Source: Phyllobates terribilis (Eukaryota). Taken from it: DNA of 64,000 nucleotides. Made by a program: the position numbers and the translations under genes. The stretch spans positions 396,304,001 to 396,368,000 of the forward strand of contig NW_027362761.1 of assembly GCF_046119375.1 (NCBI RefSeq). Reading direction: 5' to 3'. Below are positions 47,801 to 59,153 of this stretch, one piece after another; the stretch's first letter is position 1; each line of letters opens with the position of its first letter. Under the pieces are notes generated by a model. It was not told the origin of the DNA. It made no database searches and saw nothing but the letters and a program-made list of their open reading frames with translations.

Positions 47801-50204
47801 ATGGCGCGTTCATAGAAGCGCCATCTTCTGGCGCTGTACCCAACTCATCCAGGGCCCTGGTGCGGTGGCTCACTGGGTAATAAAGGGGTTAGGGCCAGCT
47901 TGGTATTATCAGCTGGCCCCAAGCCCAAAATTCATGGGGTCACGCCAGAATTAGACATGACCGCCATGAATTTCTAGTAAAGTATTTAAAAAAAACACAA
48001 CACCCAGAATAAAGTCCTTTAATTGAAATAAAGACACAATTCTTTATTGTTCTAAATTAAACCATACTTACCATCACACCCATTCCAGCTGAAGCCAACG
48101 ATCTCCTGCAATAAAAGAAAAATAATAAACCAACCTCATCCTTACCTTTCCATGGTTCCCACGACAGCTTCAGCTCTGCTACATCGAGAAGACAGGCTGG
48201 ACCGCAGCAGAACGCTGCCATCCAGTCTGTCATCCCGCAGACACTGAGAAGCGCAGGCATGCTTGCGCTCCTCACTGTCTCGCTGTGACGGCATCCAGAT
48301 GAGCCGAGGTCATGTCCAATGAACTCGGCTCACCTCATGCACGTCACTGACAGCGTGGGAAAATTCTCACGCTGAAGTGCTGAGTGCAGGAGAATTCTCC
48401 CACGCTGTCAGTGATGTGCATGAGGTGAGCTCATGTCCAATGAACTCAGCTCACCTCCTGCACGTCACTGACAGCGTGGGAAAATTCTCCTGCAATCAGC
48501 GCTTCAGCGTGAGAATTTTCCCACGCTGTCAGTGACGTGAATGAGGTGAGCCGAGTTCATTGGACATGAACTCGGCTCATCTGGATGTCGTCACAGAGAG
48601 ACGCTGAGCAGCGCAAGCAAGCCTGCGCTTCTCAGTGTCTGCGGGATGACAGGCTGGATGGCAGCGTTCTGCTGCGGTCCAGCCTGTCATCTCGATGTAG
48701 CAGAGCTGAAGCTGTCGTGGGAACCATGGAAAGGTAAGGATGAGGTTGCTTTATTATTTTTCTTTTATTGCAGGAGATCGTTGGCTTCAGCTGGAATGGG
48801 CGTGATGGTAAGTATGGTTTAATTTAGAACAATAAAGGACTGTGTCTTTATTTCAATTAAAGGACTTTATTCTGGGTGTTTGTGTTTTTTTTAACTTTGA
48901 CTATGGGGTTAGTAATGGGGGTGTCTTATAGACGCCTCTCCATTACTAACCTGGGCTTGATGTCAGCTGGCATTATAAGCTGACATCAACCCCAACCCTA
49001 TTACCCCCTGCCACCGCACCAGGGCAGCGTGGAAGAGCGAGGCTAAGTGCCAGAATTGGCGCATCCTATGAATGCGCCATTTCTGGGGCGGCTGACGGCT
49101 GGTGTTTCTAGCCTGGGAGGGGGCCAATATTCATGGCTCCCTTCCTGGGCTATTAATATCAGCCCCCAGCTGTCTGCCTAGCCTTTGCTAGCTATTAAAT
49201 TAGGGGGGACCCCACGTCATTTTTTTTGGGGGGTCCCCCATTTTAATAGCTAGTAAAGGCTATGTATTCAGCTGGGGGCTGATATTAGTAGCCTGGGAAG
49301 CTCCGTGGGTATTACCCCCTTCCCAGGCTTCAAACATCTGCCCCAGCCGTCTGCTTAACCTCCGCTAGAGCCTAAAATTAAGGGGAACCCCACGCCAATT
49401 TTTTTAATAATAAATCCTTTATTTTAATACTAAATGACAAGTACAGTAACCAACACTATCACTGTACTTCATATATATGTGACTGACATGTTTCTATCTA
49501 TCTAATCTATGTGTGATGCTCTATCTTTCTGTTCTAAATTGTCGGGTACCGCTGCTGAATTGCCGGCCGGCTTTTTTAAAGAGACAGTGCATGAAAACAC
49601 TATTATTTTTTTAAATAAATCCTTTACACTAAATGACAAGTACAGTAAGCAACACTGTCACTGTACTTATTATATATGTGACTGACATGTTTCTATCTAT
49701 CTAATCTATGTGTGAAGCTCTATTCTTTCTGTTCTAAATTGTCGGGTACAGATGCTGAATTGCCGGCCGGCTTTTTTAAAGAGACGGTGCATGAAAACAC
49801 TAATATTTTTTTTAATAAATCCTTTACACTAAATGACAAGTGCAGTAACCAACACTGTCACTGTGCTTCTTATATGTGTGACTGACATGTTTCTATCTAT
49901 CTAATCTATGTGTGATGCTCTATTCCTTCTTGTCTAAATTGTCGGGTACCGGTATATGCCGCTGCTGAATTTGCCGGCCGGCTTTTTTAAAGAGAGTGTC
50001 TTCTGAGCAGTTTGTCAGCTTTTGGACACCTTTGCAGGTGTTTTCTATGTGTTTCTATGTGTTTTTGTTTGCCTGCCATTGGTTTTAACGGTGTTCGACG
50101 GTGTTCTAAGGTGTTCGACGAACAGTTCGACGAACAGTTCCTCGAACATCCCGGTGTTCGACGAACCGAACCGAACCCGAACACTATGGGGTGGCTCAAC
50201 ACTA
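44882..50204. mobile_element. 5,323-bp non-autonomous hAT-type foldback element
   Basis: TAGAGATGAGC ... GCTCAACACTA; TSD CTCATCAC at 44874-44881 and 50205-50212; interior is a palindrome centred at about 47473; no transposase. Confidence 0.95.
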
Positions 50205-50414
50205 CTCATCACCAGTAAAAAAAATAAGCCAACTTTCAGTCTTGCATTACCATCACATAAAATATTGACTCAATGGGCCATGTAAAATCATAGCCACATC
50301 TGCTGCTGTCAACAATGGAGTGCAACTTGGAGCATGACGTCAATTCCATGGATTGGACCACCATGTGAAAGTATAAAGCAGAGATGGTTTTATTCAATAA
50401 ATTGTGGTGACTAG

Positions 50415-51303
50415 TGTAATGCAGCGACTTGCTGGCATTACGGTAATGGTCTAGGATGTGTTTTACCTGACCATATACCTTCCACCTCAGGTGACTGGTC
50501 ACGTGACTGTGACATCGCACAGGTCCTGTATGCACAGTAAAGGTCTGTACATATGACTGGGACAGCACACAGGACCTATACACACAGCTGACTGATCACA
50601 TGACTGTGACATCAGCAAGGTCCTGTCAGTATGTGTGTGTGTGTGCACAGGATATATAAACCCTGGTAATTTGAGACAGGTGTGTCCGGTGTGAGGCGTG
50701 AGGCCTGTGCTCCGTGTGTGTGGGACACCGTTTGTGAGAGGCCCAGGGAGACCGAGAGTGAAGCCTGGCTGCCTGAAAGGCCGAGCCTGGATCCTGTGCG
50801 TGGATGTCAGTGGCCTTTGAAGGAGAGCCGGCTTGGTGAAGAACCCTGAAAGGCGCAGGCTGGATGTCAAGTGTGGAAGACATACCAGTAGCCTACGAGG
50901 GGACGACGGCTAGAGACCCCCACCTGGGAAAGCCGCAAAGCCACAGTGGTGACGGAATAAACGGACTGTAGCAGCCAAAACCCGCTAAAGGTAAAACGCT
51001 GCGTTATATGGACATTTATGTTGTTGCCTAGCCGAGGGCTATAACGGGAGTCAAGTGGACGTATCTGTCGCTGGAAAGGCTCCCGAATTGTGATGTGTGT
51101 AATATGCCGGTCTGCCACTTGAGAAGCTCCCGGAGGTGATAGGTGTAAACATGCCGGGCGTATACTAAGATGGACTGTGTGATTAGCGGTTTATGACGAA
51201 ATAATAAACTGCATTGTGAAATATCGGAAGGACATTGCTTATGTGCCTTAATTGACCCGGTGCAGCGAGTATCCCCCATTATGATGTCTAGCGCTGCCTT
51301 ACA
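50415..51303 (+). mobile_element. Solo LTR (889 bp)
   Basis: TGTAATGCAGCG ... CGCTGCCTTACA; TSD CTAG; TATATAAA 50653-50660; AATAAA 51203-51208. Confidence 0.9.
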
Positions 51304-52592
51304 CTAGATATTCTCCATTGAGGCTGAGCGCACATGATTCTTTTGCAAAATGTAGTGCAATCCAGTATGTTTGGCATAATTTATGGTGAATTTGGACAAG
51401 TGTGAGTTCTGTTTCCAACACACAAACAGCTAACTCAACGCATGCTTGTTAGACACACAAAAGGCTAACTCTATGATGCAATGGATAGAGAGGAGGAAGA
51501 GTACAGAATGCATTGGGTGAAGATGATGATGGGGATATGGGCAATGACTAGGCACTACTTGTGGATGCAGACTGGCTACCACAAAAACAATTACAAGGTG
51601 AAGAAGAATAGCTTACTGTAGCATCGGCGTCTCTGCCCCTTGCTAGGCAGAGACGCCGTCCCTCTAACCTCCCCGCTCCTGGCGCGGCGTCCTCTAGCGC
51701 TTCTCTCCCCGCTGCTTCCGGTACGCGCTCCTTCCCCGGCTGTGTGCTTAGGGCGCGCACGCTCCTCCTCTCTTAAAGGGACCACGCGCGCTGTCATAAG
51801 GAGTCCCCCGGCCAATTGCCGGAGGACCTCCCATATGTAAGGCACCTCCTCCAAAATGGAGGTGCCCGAGCAAAGTTGTTTGCACTGTGTCTGATCTGTG
51901 CTTCAGCACTCAGGTCCTGCTGCTAGTCTGACTTCTCGTCCCGCCTGCCAGCCTATTATCTGCCCGTTACCTGCCAGCCTGCTTACCTGGAGCGCTCACC
52001 TGTTACCTGCCGGTTACCTGCCTTGGCTATCCGTCCGCTCACCTGGGAGCATCCGCCTGCCTTGTCTGTCAGACCGCTCAGCTGGGAGCGCCCACCAGTT
52101 ACCTGCCAGTTACCTGCCTTGTCTGTCTGCCCGCTCACCTGGGATCGCCCACCTGTTACCTGCCAATTACCTGCCTCGTCTGTCTGTCCGCTCACCTGGG
52201 ATCCCCTGCCTGTTTCCTGCCAGCCTGCCTGGAGACCCTGCCGTCACTTGCTGTGACCATCTTCCTGGTAAAACTAAAGACTGCTACTTGCCCTGCTTTC
52301 TCGAACTGTGACCATCTGTCTGCTACCAGAGACTTCTGCCTGCTTGCCGTGTCCATCCTCCATACCGGTCAGTCCCAGCTATCTGACCCGTGGGAGCCAC
52401 CTGCTCTCTTACAAGGTCGTCCTCAGAGTAGAACCTGGTCCCTCAGCCCGGATCCTCCCTGGTCACGGTGTCGTTTGCTGCCGTACGTCCAGGGTCGGTT
52501 CGGGTGGATACTTTGTCACGCCCCTCTGGGTCCCTCCTTGCACCTCGGCACAGAGGTTCCACCACCCGGACCCGTAACAGTTTGCTCGGGCC

Positions 52593-53543
52593 GTGGAGCC
52601 CGGTGGCACCCAAGCTCCCTCGCTCTCTGACCTATACCAGGAAGTCTCCCGTCAGAGATCCCAGCAGGAGTCCATCCTGAACCACCTGCGGAATGTCAAC
52701 TCCCGCCTGGACACACTGACTGCTCCACCTGCAACCACCGCAAGTCGCACGACTCACACCCTGGCAGCGCCGCTGCCCACCAAAACCATGGCATCCTGCC
52801 CCGGACCCCGGCTTTCTGCACCTCCTCGTTTTGGAGGCGACCCCGCTCAAGCTCGGGGCTTCATAAACTAGTGCACCCTGCACTTTGAACTCTTGGCTCA
52901 CCAGTTTATCTCCGACCGGGCCAAAGTGGCATTCATCATGTCCCATCTCACTGGGGAGGCACTGGCATGGCTTAACCCCCTGTGGGAGAGAGGGGACCCC
53001 CTGGTGTCCGACCTGTCGTCTTTCCTCGCTGCTTTCCAGAGGGTCTTCGATGAACTGGGACTAAAGACCTCATCTGCCTCCTCTCTGCTACGTCTCCGCC
53101 AAGGGAGTCTCACCGTGGGCCAATATGCCATACGGTTCCGCACCCTCGCTTCTGAGCTTGCCTGGGATAACGAGGCCCTGGTGTCCGTCTTCTGGGAGGG
53201 TCTTTCCGGTCGGATTAAAGATGAGCTCGCCGGTCGGGACATTCCTACCACCCTGGATGACCTGGTGTCGCTGACTACCCGGATTGACATCCGGTTTCAA
53301 GAACGCACCAAAGAGACCACCCGTGAGAGAAGGTTTCCCCGCCTAGCTCCTACTTTCCAGAGACCTGTCTCCTCTTCTGTCACTCCCCGGGCGCACTCAC
53401 CCGAGCCCATGCTGATCGACCAGACCAAGATGGTCAAATCTCACCAAGACTCACGCCGAGCCGAGGGGAGCTGTTTCTATTGTGGCAGTGAGGAGCACCT
53501 GATTCTTTACTGCCCGGAGAGGCCGGGAAACTCCAGTGTCTAG
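52593..53543 (+). pseudogene. gag with CCHC knuckle; premature TAG at 52869-52871
   Basis: [41 protein letters not shown]. Confidence 0.9.
53525..53531 (+). promoter_or_regulatory. -1 ribosomal frameshift heptamer G GGA AAC
   Basis: In the gag frame 10 nt before the gag stop codon; the -1 frame is open into the protease (LDSGS). Confidence 0.75.
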
Positions 53544-53596
53544 GACCGCTCGGAGAGGTCGCCCTAGACAAAAGTAAGTCCTCTCCAACCCTGACT

Positions 53597-56500
53597 TTGT
53601 CTGTATCTATCTCCTGGGGAGAGAACCGTCACTTTGAACTCGCCTACCTGGATTCTGGATCCGCTGGAAACCTCATCTCCCAATTCCTGGTTGAGAAATA
53701 CCGTATTCCCACCAAGTCTCTGGCTGAACCTTTGTCAGTCGCCTCCGTGGATGGAAGACTCCTTCCGGTGACCATCCTGCTCGTCACGGAAAACATAACC
53801 CTGCAGGTGGGAATGCTGCACTCTGAGGTAATCTCCTTCCATGTGTTGCCCGGACTCTCCCACTCCCTATTGCTAGGTCTACCATGGCTCCAGACACATG
53901 AACCCGTGTTGAACTGGCATTCTGGTGAAGTACTCCGGTGGGGGCCGCTCTGCCATAAGACCTGCCTGGTTCCGGTTCGTCCGGTTCGTCCTCCACCTAC
54001 CCCAGCTAATTTACCCGGTCTTCCGGCTCCTTACTGGCCCTATGCTGACGTCTTCGGTAAAAAGGAAGCAGAGACATTGCCACCTCATAGGCCATATGAT
54101 TGCCCGATCGACCTGGTACCTGGCACCGCTCCACCCCGTGGGCGTATTTATCCGTTGTCTGCGGCTGAAACCCGGGCCATGTCTGAGTACATAGCAGAGA
54201 ATCTGGCCAGGGGATTCATCTGGAAGTCTACTTCCCCGGCGGGAGCCGGATTCTTCTTTGTCAAAAAAAAGGATGGCTCGCTACGCCCCTGTATTGACTA
54301 TAGAGGACTCAATCAGATCACCGTTAAAAATAAATACCCCCTTCCGCTCATCTCTGAGTTATTTGATCGCCTTAAAGGCGCCAGGATCTTTTCCAGGCTG
54401 GATCTACGTGGAGCGTATAACCTGGTCCGTATCCGTCAAGGAGATGAGTGGAAAACGCCATTTAATACCCGGGACGGACACTATGAGTACCGTGTGATGG
54501 CCTTCAGCCTCTGCAATGCTCCCGCCGTCTTCCAAGAACTGGTCAACGACATCTTCCGTGACCTTCTTTACTCCTGCGTGGTGGTATACCTGGACGACAT
54601 CTAGATCTTCTCACCGGATCTTACCTCACACCGGAGGGATGTTCGTCAGGTCCTGCTTAGGCTCAGGCAGAACCACCTCTATACTAAATACGAGAAGTGC
54701 CTTTTTGAGCAGACCTCTCTTCCATTTCTAGGCTATGTTATCTCCCAGACAGGCTTGCGAATGGATCCCGAAAAGCTCTCTGCTGTCCTAAAGTGGCCCC
54801 ATCCGGAGGGCTTGAAGGCGATACAGCGATTCCTGGGCTTCGCTAATTACTATCGCCTCTTCATTCCTCACTTCTCGTCTCGGTCTGCTCCCATATCTGT
54901 GCTCACCCGTAAGGGAGAGAATCCCAAGGTATGGCCACCCGAAGCTGAGGAGGCCTTCCTTTCCCTGAAGCAAGCCTTCTCCTCTGCCCCTGTGCTGCAC
55001 CATCCGGACTGCAACAATCAGTTCTACCTGGAGGTTGATGCTTCCTCCTCTGGAGCCGGAGCGGTGCTCACCCAAAAGTCTTCATCCGGGAGAATGGTAA
55101 CCTGCGGCTTTTTCTCCAAAATCTTCTCCTCCTCTGAGCGCAATTACTCCATAGGAGACCGAGAACTGCTGGCCGTCAAATTGGCGCTGGAAGAGTGGCG
55201 CTATCTGCTTGAAGGGGCTCTATACCCGGTTATCATCTACACGGATCACAAAAACCTGGCATATCTCCTAAATGCCCAGAGACTTAATCCACGTCAGGCC
55301 CGGTGGTCTTTGTTTTATGCCCGCTTCGATTTCATCCTTCATTTCCGCCCGGCGGACAAGAATGTCAAAGCTGATGCCTTGTCCCGATCCTTCCTGTCCT
55401 CCGACCAAGAGGAGGAGCCTATGCACATTATCGACCCCTCCAAGGTGATGAATGTGGCCCCCTTGGATTTGACTCGTCTACCACCCGGCAAGACATTCGT
55501 GGCCGCTCCTGACCGTGAGAAGGTTCGTCTCTGCCTGTTCATCTTGTGGCCGCAACAAAGTTCCCAGACTCTTACCAGCTGGTCATCTCGTGCCGCTTCC
55601 CATACCTGTTGCCCCGTGGCAACACATCGCTATGGACTTCATTACCTATCTCCCTGTTTCTGCTGGGTGTACTGTCATTTGGGTTGTCGCGGACCGCTTT
55701 TCTAAAATGGCCCACTTCATTCCCCTGCCTGGTCTCCCATCTGCACCTGAGCTGGCTAAGGACTTTATCCGCCATATTTTCCGTCTCCATGGCCTACCCC
55801 TCCACATCGTGTCGGATCGAGGGGTTCAGTTCACCTCACACTTCTGGAGAGCCACATGTAAACTGCTGGACGTCACCCTGGATTTCTCCTCCGCTTACCA
55901 CCCTCAGTCCAATGGTCAAGTGGAGCGGATCAATCAGATCCTTACCAGCTATCTCCGGCACTTTGTTAATGCCCACCATTCTGATTGGGTGGACCTCCTT
56001 CCTTGGGCCGAATTCTCTTCCAAGTCCCCGTTCTTTATTGTCTATGGAGAGCACCCCCGGATTCCGTTTCCCGTCTCCGCCTCTGTGGACAACCCTGCCG
56101 CGCAGTCCCTTGTCACCGAGTTTTCTACTATTTGGGAGAACACTAGGTCCACACTTCTTCTGTCCTCCGAGCGGATGAAGAGATATGCTGTTAAGAGACG
56201 TCTGGATCCGCCTCAATTCTGTCCGGGAAACAAGGTTTGGCTCTCCTCCAAACATGTACAGCTCAAGATACCCTCCTACAAGTTAGGTCCTTGCTTCATC
56301 GGCCCTTTCGAAATACTCAGGCAAATTAATCCAGTGGCCTACAAATTAAAACTCCCGGCTACCTTACGGATTCCCAACTCCTTCCACGTATCTCTCCTCA
56401 AACCCGTTGTCTTTAACTCTTTTTCCAACAATCCAGGTACCCCCCCTGCTCCGGTTTCCGCTGAAGACGTCTTTGAGGTAGAGAGTATTCTGGCCACCAA

Positions 56501-56650
56501 GAGGGTAAGAGGAAAGACCTTTTTTCTGGTAGATTGGAAAGGGTTTGGTCCTGAGGAAAGAACTTTGGAACCCAGGGAGAACATAAACGCCCCGCTTCTT
56601 CTTGAAAAATGTCTTTCTGGCCTAAAAAAGAGGGGGCCTAAAGGGGGGGG
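53597..56650 (+). pseudogene. pol (PR, RT, RNase H, integrase, chromodomain) with stop and deletion
   Basis: YLDSGS; YLDDI* (TAG 54602-54604); EVDASS, YTDHKNL; MDFI..SDRG..GQVER; FEVESIL..FLVDWKGFGPEE. Integrase HH region missing near 55520. Confidence 0.92.
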
Positions 56651-59153
56651 TACTGTAGCATCGGCGTCTCTGCCCCTTGCTAGTCAGAGACGCTGTCCCT
56701 CTAACCTCCCCGCTCCTGGCACGGCGTCCTCTAGCGCTTCTCTCCCCGCTGCTTCCAGCACGCGCTCCTTCCCTGGCTGTGTGCTTAGTGCGCGCGCGCT
56801 CCCCCTCTCTTAAAGGGACCGCACGCGCCGTCCTAAGGAGTCCCCCGGCCAATTGCCGGAGGACCTCCCATATATAAGGCACCTCCTCCAAAATGGAGGT
56901 GCCCGAGCAAAGTTGTTTGCACTGTGTCTGATCTGTGCTTCAGCCCTCAGGTCCCGCTGCTAGCCTGACTTCTCGTCGAGCCTGCCAGCCTATTATCTGC
57001 CCGTTACCTGCCAGCCTGCTCACCTGGAGCACTCACCTGTTACCTGCCGGTTACCTGCCTTGGCTATCCGTCCGCTCACCTGGGAGCATCCGCCTGCCTT
57101 GTCTGTCAGACCGCTCAGCTGGGAGCGCCCACCAGTTACCTGCCAGTTACCTGCCTTGTCTGTCTGCCCGCTCACCTGGGAGCGCCCACCTGTTACCTGC
57201 CAATTACCTGCCTCGTCTGTCTGGCCGCTCACCTGGGAGCGCCCACCTGTTACCTGCCTGTTACCTGCCTCGTCTGTCTGCCGGCTCACCTGGGAGCACC
57301 CACCAGTTAACTGCAAGTTACCCACCTCGTCTGTCTGCCCGCTCACCTGGGAGCACCTGCCTGTTTCCTGCCAGCCTGCCTGGAGACCCTGCCGTCACTT
57401 GCTGTGACCACCTTCCTGGTAAAACTAAAGACTGCTACTTGCCCTGCTTTCTCGAACTGTGACCACCTGTCTGCTACCAGAGACTTCTGCCTGCTTGCCG
57501 TGTCCATCCGCCATACCGGTCAGTCCCAGCTATCTGAGTCGTGGGAGCCACCTGCTCTCTTACAAGGTCGTCCCCAGAGTAGTACCTGGTCCCTCAGCCC
57601 GGATCCTCCCTGGTCACGGTGTCGTTTGCTGCTGTACGACCAGGGTCGGTTCGGGTGGATACTTAGTCACGCCCCTCTGGGTCCCTCCTTGCACCTCGGC
57701 ACAGAGGTTCCACCACCCGGACCCGTAACAGTTACTCATCTTGCTGGTCAGTTTGCTTTCCCCTTGTGAGCAGTTGATGACATCATATGTGTGCAAGGAT
57801 GTGCATAGCTTATTTTAAAACAATAGAACCTGCATGCTTCAATTGTTCCTCCAGCAATGTGGAAAATAAATCCCCATTCCATTACGCTCTTGGCTTTCTT
57901 CACATCAATTCACTTACCATAAGCAAAGTAGAGCAATCGTGAACTGCGTTTGGTACCACTACTGCTGGTCCATTGCCAGTGACACGAACAGAAAGGAAGA
58001 CGCAGCACCTGCCCACAGATTTATCCTGGTGTTACATGCACGCCGCTAGGTTCAGACAGGGCTAGACGGGATTCATGAATTCTTTGGAATCCTGGGGGAA
58101 CCGTTACTCTGGGTAACCATAGACTGCAGCTTCTCTCAGGCCCACAATAGATTCAATTGCTGACCAGACACATCTGACAAGAGTCTTTTTCAACAGTTTA
58201 ACAGTGGAATTTAATCTGATGCATGGCCAGTGCAATTCAGGGATGTTACAGCAAAATCGTCATTAAAGTACAGTCTGAGTATCTTGAGCAACAGGTTCCA
58301 GTAACAATACAGTAGTTTCTTCACAAGGCACAGTATTACAGTCTTTTCAGTAGCATGATTCAGCATAGATTAGATCTCTTAGCACCACACTTCTATGCAT
58401 ACACAACCACAGGCCTTTTCCTTCACAAGGATTCAATAGTACACAGCATTCTTTATCCTGCATGGAGATGGAGGGGGGAGGGTTTGATGAGGGAGATGAT
58501 CCCTGTGACACAACACCTTTCTCTTCAGCTTCAGCCAGACTACAATAGCAAGTTCCCTACAATCCCCCTGGGGCTCTGCAAATGTCTCCTGTGACTGTGT
58601 TAACCCCTCTAGGTGCTGGATGCTTCTGAAGCACAACACTTTCTGTCTTCTGTGCTTGTGATATTTGTAACAGTTGCTGGATGCTTTGGAAGCAACAGCA
58701 CTACTTCTGCATGTCACACTTTTCTCTCCTTTTTGAATGTCGTCCTCGACATTCGTCTTAATTGGTCAATCGACCAATTCTGAGACAGTGGTTAAAGCTT
58801 AGTAACTAAATATATAAATTTGTCATTGTCAAATTGGTATAACATTTATAAACATTTATAACAACCTATTCTTATGACCTTTTTCTTGCACCGATTAGGC
58901 TGATGAAGCTATCTTTACCTACCGAGGAATCCTCCTCCCAGGAGTACATCGTTTGACCTCCGCACTGGGTATTAAGAAACTGATGCCCCATCTCTCTTGC
59001 AGCTGTTGCAGGTGGGAACACAATTGTGGATAGTACTAACGCAGCCGTTTTACCTCATGCATCATTCTGGGGTTTGGTGAGATTTGAATTTGCTTCTGGG
59101 GCCTCCACCGTGTCGCGGTTACCAGTCGCCCCGCACTGGCAATCTTCTGTCTT

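Larger units (their letters stand above)
51617..57730 (+). mobile_element. Ty3/Gypsy chromovirus (sushi/Tf1-like), full-length but defective
   Basis: LTRs 51617-52579 and 56654-57730 (TG..CA); TSD CTTAC/GTTAC (4 of 5 match); PPT before 56654; gag-PR-RT-RH-IN-chromodomain order. Confidence 0.96.
44400..58029 (+). pseudogene. Possible very old hAT transposase remnant surviving only in the spacers between insertions
   Basis: Weak matches by eye: HLTT(D) at about 44443, SHTA at about 44535, LPSHKI at about 50238, acidic patch at about 51520. Confidence 0.3.

Noticed and set aside
44882-50204. Foldback mobilised by the neighbouring intact transposase
   Set aside because: One TIR is identical, but the subterminal motifs differ (CGAAC versus CCGAT); not supported.
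51591-52630. ORFs within the chromovirus LTRs (also 56622-57769)
   Set aside because: GC-rich LTR and VNTR sequence, duplicated in both LTRs, with no domain similarity.
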